A DNA stretch of 62,808 nucleotides, filler included, from Sluysia triapertura (lineage: Eukaryota), in NCBI GenBank assembly GCA_046118255.1. It is 5 parts of 5 records of this genome, joined end to end, with 100 filler letters (N's around TTAATTAATTAA, not from the genome) between each part and the next. Parts side by side here need not be neighbours in the genome. Positions count along the whole stretch, not along the records: positions 51,153 to 62,808 come from JBJNIA010182369.1; 4 more parts are not named here. One strand, given 5' to 3'. The notes below the pieces were generated by a model. It saw only the letters and a program-made list of their open reading frames with translations. It searched no databases and was not told the DNA's origin. Positions 55,735-62,808 of this stretch are shown here, piece after piece. Within the stretch, counting starts at the first letter, position 1, and the number at the start of each line of letters is the position of its first letter. The position numbers and the translations under genes were made by a program.

Positions 55735-56193
55735 TTTTTGAAGAACGGATTATTTTTAATTCTTAAATTGCTTTTATATGATCCCATCTTTTTATAGAAT
55801 CATCTCAATTGTCTCCTGCGACGGTTGTGTTTTTGTGAACGTGTCAGTCCAGGAGGAAAATTTGGTTTAAGTATACTTATTTCCTGTTTATTGTTAAATT
55901 GCTTATAATAGGTGGGTTGAATAATTTCTATATCTTCTATTTGAATATTTTCTGTATTACTATTTAGTGAAATATCTTAAAGTGCATATGAATGGCGGAA
56001 TTTTACCTTACGAAATACCTGTATTTCCTTTACTATTGTTCTACATAATGAACAATTCAAATACTTAGTTAAAGTAAAATGAAAAAGATTTATGATGCAT
56101 TTAAAATGGAATTTACGCATGCATGGAAATGTTTTTACATAATGTTTTTTTATGAATTGACTTTTGACAAATTGAACATTTGATGCAATACAT
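55735..56193 (-). pseudogene. RING-H2-type zinc finger ORF
   Basis: CSICQKSIHKK/HYVKTFPCMRKFHFKCIINLFHFTLTKYLNCSLCR across a 1-nt frameshift in an A7 run. Confidence 0.75.
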
Positions 56194-56459
56194 TATCTAA
56201 AATATGAATGAAAAATTAAAAAATAAAAATATACTTAGTAAATAAAATTTATTATTATATTAAATAATAAATTATTATTATATTAATTAAATAAAGTTTA
56301 TGTTCCTATTTAATGTACAAAGCTAAGTAAAACTGCGAAAAGACCATTAATAATTTTAAGTTAGGTGACCGGTCAGACAGAAGGTAACCGTCAATATCGA
56401 TCACTCGTAACTTATTCATTTTTTATTCATTTCTATACTTTGATTGAACAAGTTAATCT

Positions 56460-58400
56460 ACGCGTGTTAATTACATAAATTTTTATGATTTCTGTCGTAA
56501 GAGTGACTGCAAGTAACGCAAAAAGTATGAATGTTATAAGACATAAATATATGTTGATTTTATTTGAATTGGCTTGTCGCTATTGCTGATTATTTTTTAT
56601 TTATTGATTTTACCATTTCATACTTATTATACTTATTTAATGTCTTCAGTAGTTTCATTAATGATTGGTACTACTAAATTAAATTGTCGTCCAGGCCAAA
56701 TGCGGTTCATTCTAAATGTTTCATTAATGAAAAATATCAATATGTATATAAATGGGAATGTCAATTTTGCTTGGTAATCTATTCTAATTGTTAACTTAGC
56801 TGGTATTAACTCTAAAGAGGCTTTATTGGTACGATAATTTATGGCAATTGAATTATTTAATAACGTGTTGGTCATTTTAACTGAGTTATTTCTGTCAATT
56901 ATTGCTGTAAAGGAGCAATTCAACCATTGTCTACTAAAATAGTCAAAAAATAAATATGGTTTGGTTTTAATCCAATGATACTGTGTATATATTAATCTAT
57001 TTATTAGCGCTATTGTTATCTTAACTTTATATAATTGAGATTCGAATAATTCTTCACAATTTATGATCCACTTTTTGATTGTTTTATAAGGAATTGTAGT
57101 ACATTGATCTTGTAGACAGCATCATATAGATAAGTGAATTAATTTTCCATTTATATTTTTAACAATAGCTATAATTTCATCGGTCTTAACTTGAATAGAT
57201 AATTGCATATCATTATGAAACATTTTCTTATTTAATTTATTTGTTATAATCTTAGTCGAATAAACGGTGGTTATACACGTCAAACAAATACATAGTAAAA
57301 CTGATGACATTTGAATTCCATTGTAATGTGTCTGAAATCTTAAATCATATTCATATAATGGAGATGGCATTATTGGTGGTAATGGTGGTCCTTGAGGGGC
57401 ATAAAATCGATTGATTATTGGTACTGAATAATGATTATCCTCGTCGTTATTAGATGAAAAATTTGAATATCTGCACTTATTCATTATAAAAAACATGATC
57501 ATTAAGAATGTTATAATTAAAGCAATAATAAATAAGGTTGCTGCTATTATTAGAATTACCAATGATGGATCCTTTCTTAATGAGTCGATAATTGTTAATT
57601 CTTTTCTGTTACCTTGTATAGCATAATGTAGTTGTTTAATTATTTTGGTTTGCTTTATAAATATTACTATGTGTCTATCTTCCGAAAGCAAAAAATCCTT
57701 ACAAATTGTAACGGGATATTGCGTATTTTAGGTATTACATGTTGATGGGTTTTCCATATACTAAAATTGAATCTTGAGGGATTAATACATATATATTGTG
57801 CTTTTATATTCGTACTGGTCATTTTAATTTGTACTTCAGTATCATAGTTGTAAAAATCGAAATATTGTGATCTATATACCTTTTGTGATCCATTTACTAT
57901 TGATACCAATGATAATATAGTGAGTAACATTATGTCTCGACGAATATTATTAGTTCTTAAAATTCTGTTACAAATAATAATATAAATACTAAATAGCAAG
58001 TATATTATGGTAAAAATTAGAAGTGCCAATATAAAGAAATTCTTTGTACTATCTTTTTTCTTTTCCCTTATTGTATTTGTACTTACTTCTTTATCATTCA
58101 TACTTATTTCTTTATTTGTTGATCTTTCCAGATTTCTTGTTATTGGTGTTAATGCTATTGAAGTTTCCTTGTATTATTGTTCATTAAGTATGTCCGTAAA
58201 ATTTATTGTTACCAATTTACTGTCATAAAATGAAAATCCGATTAATGTAGTAAAATAAATTGAATGTTCACATTGATAGATATCATATATTAACAAAGGT
58301 TTCTTTATTACTAATGGTTTCAAATAGATACAATAAATTTCTAAATTATAATTGGGTATTGGGTTTCTATCGTCTACCTCAACTGTCCAAAATCGATTTA
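56460..58400 (-). pseudogene. tandem type-I membrane glycoprotein polyprotein
   Basis: TM, internal signal MLLTILSLVSIVNG, TM with Tyr/Pro tail, internal signal MSSVLLCICLTCITTVYS, N-glycosylation sequons (NCS, NNS, NET), terminal TM. Confidence 0.55.
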
Positions 58401-58537
58401 AAATATTTTAAGAAAGATTGCTTGTTTAGTATTAGTATAACTTGTTAAGTTTGCTGGATAATTAGGTACCATGGTTGTGTATTGCCGTCATCGTTATCTG
58501 TTCCTTTACCCGATGTTGAAGAGACTGTGGTATCCAA

Positions 58538-59160
58538 CTAATCAAGATTTTCCCAATTTGGAGTTGGCGATGGTGTTATGATTGGATTTAATGCAGTAAT
58601 TTGATAATTTTGTGGTAAAGGTTGTAGTGCTCTTGGCATTGGAGGTAAAACTAATTGTGGTAATACTTCATGTGTTCCTAAAGGTATTTTAAGTAATCCT
58701 AATCTTCCACGAATTACTATGTTTTCTAGTTTATTTATTACATCCATTCCTAATATAATATCATATGGGCATCTTTCCCAAGCTAATATTTTTACAAACA
58801 GGTCTACATCTAAGATTGTTAATTGACATTGTAATATTCCATTAAATAAAATATTTGAACCATCCACTTCAAATAATCGTTTTCCGGCTTGTTGTAACAT
58901 AGTAATTTCTAAAGCAGTTAGTATATTGTAATTGATAATAGTGTTATTTGAACCCGTATTTATAACTGCTCGTATCCATCGTTGATTGAATTTAATACTT
59001 TGAAACAGGTGATTTTGTATATTAAAAGAGGTTATCATATTTATTGCACTTATTGGTTTATTGATCATTAAATCCGTACTTGTTGGTTTAGACGGTGTAC
59101 TTAATAATTTAGATGGTTTATTTCTATCTTTAATCCTTGACTTTACTGTTAATATACTTT
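58538..59160 (-). CDS. retropepsin-like aspartic protease located 3' of integrase (catalytic D to N)
   Basis: IRAVINTGSNNTII...YDIILGMDVI match the A-L-I-DTGS and DIILGMD retropepsin motifs. Confidence 0.85.
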
Positions 59161-59670
59161 TCGTACTTTCCTATTTCTTAAGTTATTTTCGTCATTAGGT
59201 GCTAATTTACATCGATTTACGTGTATGACGAAAGTCTCTGCATTCATATCATTAGGTTTCTTTATATATATAAATTAGTAGAAGTTGTTTTCATTATTTC
59301 ATATGGTCCCTTAAACGGTTTATGCAATTTCGGAGAATATCCTGGTTTTGATATTGGGTAATCTACTAGTACTTTATCTCCTACTTTAAAATTATGATCA
59401 TTTGTTTTTTTATCATAGTTATCTTTATAAGTTTCCTGTGTATAACGTATCTGTAACCCAGCGCGTTTCCACGCATCTTGTAAATTTTCTCTCATAATAG
59501 TTACATATTCAGGAGTTTCTAGATATTGAGATGACGGTGGAATCCAGTCTAAATCTACTGGCATATTTGAGTGTCTACCGTACATTAGATAAAATGGTGT
59601 AAAATTAGTAGCAGGATGTACTGAACTTCTGTAAGCAAATAAACATGGAGCGATATAAAGATCCCAATAC
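59160..59670 (-). pseudogene. pol: Gypsy integrase C-terminal part with GPY/F module
   Basis: WDLYIAPCLFAYRSSVHPATNFTPFYLMYGR...FKVGDKVLV...FKGPYEI...VIHVNRCK. Confidence 0.92.
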
Positions 59671-60465
59671 AAATGGCATCTTTTCACATTCATATAATTC
59701 ATTTCCACATGAAAAAGCTGTCTTATGCTTGTCCTTTTCTGCAATTTCTATTTGCCAATAGCCGCTTTGAAGATTTAAAGTCGGAAAATATTTTGCTTTT
59801 CCTAATTTATCTAACATTTCATTGATTCTTGGTAACGGAAATACATCTTTTCTTGTTATCTTATTTAGTTCTCTAAAATCAATACAAAATCTCATAGTTC
59901 CATCTTTTTTCTTGACTAATAATACTGGTGATGAGAGTGGAGAAAAGCTTGGTCTAATTACTCCAGCCTTTTTCATTGTGTCTATTTGATCTTTCATTTC
60001 TTGTTGATTGCATAATGGAATTCTATAAGGTTTCTTTCTTATTACTTTATCTTCTATTAATGGGATTTCGTGTTTTATTATAACGGAATCTCCAATATCA
60101 TATTTATTTCTTGCTATTGCCCAAAGATATCTGTAGATGACTTTGTATAACGTTTCTTTTTGTTGTTTAGTTAAATTCTTATTTTTTATTTGTATTTCTT
60201 CATAATCTTCTTCATCTTCAATATCTCTTTGAAGTTTTATATTCTTATCCTTTGGTTTATCATTTGATACCATATTTATTTGTGTTTGTAATTTATAATT
60301 AACTATTTCTCCCAACTTTGTTCCTGCGTATAATCATTTATTTTCATCAGTATAATTTATTATTCTTGTACATTTCCATCTTGAATTCTGCAAATTGAGT
60401 CAGCAATACCTATGTTTAATTTTTTGATTATTTTTTGAAGCGATAAACATTATTGGACCATTTCT
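59671..60465 (-). pseudogene. pol: Gypsy pre-RT linker and RT N-terminus
   Basis: KKPYRIP...GVIRPSFSPLSSPVLLVKKKDGTMRFCIDFRELN...FPLPRI...SGYWQI...KTAF...MPF. Confidence 0.95.
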
Positions 60466-60489
60466 CAGTTTGTCTCCTTTATTTAGGCT

Positions 60490-60826
60490 TTTGTATCCAA
60501 TTTCGAAAGCATTTCTACAATTATTTGGTAATATTTTAAATGGTTTCTGTACGTATGAAATATCAATAATTGAAGAATACCATATAACCACTGACCTTTT
60601 AACCAAACATTCCCTGACCAAAGTTGTGACCAAATTCCCGTCTTGGTATACATTGAATACTTTCATATCTTTTATTTTGACTCTATTTGGTCTTGATTCC
60701 AGACAATCTTCAGTGTCTAATAGAGAAAATTTTCTTCCAATTTGAGGTTGGCTACAATAAAAAAGCCTTAATAGCATTAGTCTTATGAATTCCAAATAAT
60801 GCCAATAAAACAATTATAAATAACAT
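60490..60826 (-). pseudogene. chuvirus-type glycoprotein N-terminal fragment, copy B
   Basis: CSQPQIGRKFSLLDTEDC...VYQ...VRECLVKRSVVIWY-SSII...ILPNNCRNAFEIG. Confidence 0.65.
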
Positions 60827-62808
60827 TATTTATTGAAGTTCCAAATTGTGAGAATGATCCATTTGAATTTTCTTTATTATTAATTAGTCTAGATATCATA
60901 TTAAGTGGTTCATTTAAAGTATTCTTTTCTTCTTTTTCTTTGTCTTTGATAATATTTTTCCATCCTCCTAGTTTATTTATCAGAGTACTTAATTTCTTAT
61001 CAACAAAGTTTATGATTTTATCTATCTTTTCTTTAGTTAAAAGTGTAGCTTTATTACATTGAAATATTACATAAGCCATTATTATTTTAAGTCTTTCCTT
61101 ACTTATTCCTGCGTTAATCTGTTTATTTATTATAGTTTTATACTGCCCATTATCTATATAATCGCTTATATCTGTATTTTTATACTTTTCCATTATTTTG
61201 ATTATCTTATTTAATGAACTCTTGTATTCTTTTAATTCTGGTAACAAAGTTAGAAAACTTATTTGACAATAATGTATAAATTATAGTTTTAGTACTTAAA
61301 GTCTCATCAATATTTTTATAAGCAATTTTTGTTAAATCAATGGGTCTTCTATGTATTGGGTTTGAAATTATTGTTTCATCATCGTTATCTTTAACTTTTT
61401 TAGGTCTACCTGGCCTTCTTTTGAAAGTATTTGTTTTTTAATCTTCCGTTTCTATATGCGAGTTTTTATTTAAATCGATTATTTAATCAGGTTTTTCTTC
61501 AATGTCATCTTCATTATCATTAGTAATATCTATTATTTTACTATCGTTATAATTATCTTTATTTTCTTTATAATTATCATCCATTAATTCTCTTAGTAAT
61601 GAACGTGGGGTTCTGTCTAAATCAACATTATTATCATCATTTATTAATTCATCTAATTTTCTTAAATCATCGCAAGGTTTAGTGTATGCCATTATAACTG
61701 CGGAAGTCATTGATGCTTCCTTACGGTTTCCATTCATTGATGGATAACCGTAATCATTTATATAATCATTAGGTAATAATTTTCTATCATAAAATATAAA
61801 TCAACATCAGTAATATCAGAGTCATTTGATTTAAGTAATTCTATAATATCTTTTGCAATTGAAGTAACTGGGAGTTCCATAGTAATATTCAAAACATTAT
61901 TAATAATTATACCTATTTTCATTAATTCTTTGTGGTTATCTTTTTTTCATTTTTGCCCTATTTTTCTTAGTAATTTTCTTGCTTTAGTCTTATATGAACT
62001 ATCTTCTTTACTTAAAATAGCTAATACTAATTTAATCTCATGTCCATTTTGTAAGCTCAATTCTGAATTCAATAAGTCATTCAAATTTTCATTTAAATCC
62101 TTACCATGAGTCATATTGGATAAAAATTCTTCGATTTTTTGATCAATTCCTGGGGTATCTATTTTATCATTTGTAGCTGTTATTATTGATTCCATTTCTT
62201 CTGTTTCCATCTTTTCTGTGACACTGTTATAAGTATCTTCTTCCTCTATGTCAATTTTTTCTGCTTGTATTTCTTCATCATCAGTTTCTTTATTATTAAT
62301 AATATTTTCTGTCTGTTTCGACTTCTTTGTCATCACTAAATTCATTATTTGATTGTTTTTCTTCTTGATTTAATTCTTCTTCAGTTGAACTCGATTCTAT
62401 ATTCGATTCTTCATCTGTTGGAATTGATTCTATATTAGATTCCTCTTCTGTTTCATCATTACTTTCTTTTGATTCAAAATCTGCTAACTTGTTTGATTCT
62501 GTTTTCTTTGTCTTTCCTTCCCATTTGTCAATTAATTCTTGAATTATTTTTCTTTTAACTTCATTTGATATCACTTCCTTTATATCCTTTATTTGTTCGA
62601 TGCTTTCTCCTAAAGGTTGATCTAATAATTCCCGAATTCTCACCTGGATTGGTTGAATTGTTCATCTGTTTTCTTCTTTTTCTCGTTGTTCCTTTCTCTG
62701 TTTGTCTTTCTGAAATTCCAAATATCTGTCGTGCATATAACTCATAAAGATTTCTTCTTCTTGTTTATTCTTAAATCTATTTTTATCGCAGTCCAGTCCA
62801 GTGATATA

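Larger units (their letters stand above)
54047..62808 (-). mobile_element. retrovirus-like Ty3/Gypsy element, copy B, with long accessory 3' region
   Basis: Acidic ORF, AT-hook, glycoprotein fragment, RT N-terminus fused by deletion (~59670) to IN C-terminus, protease, TM polyprotein, RING; all on the minus strand. Membership of the ORFs below ~57000 is inferred from strand and continuity. Confidence 0.85.

Overview
AT-rich (roughly 25% GC by eye) eukaryotic DNA, almost certainly an invertebrate animal with short ~40-50 bp introns. It is made of five contigs joined by artificial 100-bp N...TTAATTAATTAA...N linkers, so adjacency across gaps means nothing. Recognisable host genes: four exons of Patj/MPDZ, the last exon of SMG8, an STT3 exon and an alpha-crystallin/sHSP-like exon. 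Most of the rest is mobile DNA with TGT...ACA ends. (1) A large, degenerate, retrovirus-like Ty3/Gypsy family in three copies with an unusual order: gag - acidic ORF - AT-hook ORF - chuvirus-type glycoprotein N-terminus - RT - IN - aspartic protease AFTER integrase - tandem signal-peptide/TM glycoprotein polyprotein - RING-H2 ORF - unknown ORF. (2) A ~2-kb solo-LTR-like family with 4-bp TSDs. (3) Four ~160-bp elements that carry a tRNA-Ala-derived Pol III cassette between TGTT...AACA ends; three have perfect 4-bp TSDs, and an internal inverted repeat co-varies between copies. (4) A gene-capturing element family carrying RIG-I-like receptor, GPCR-like and possibly STT3 fragments. Structured RNA candidates: a three-hairpin cluster and a repeated hairpin+GTAAAAT module. 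All family calls are from motif recognition by eye; no database searches were run.
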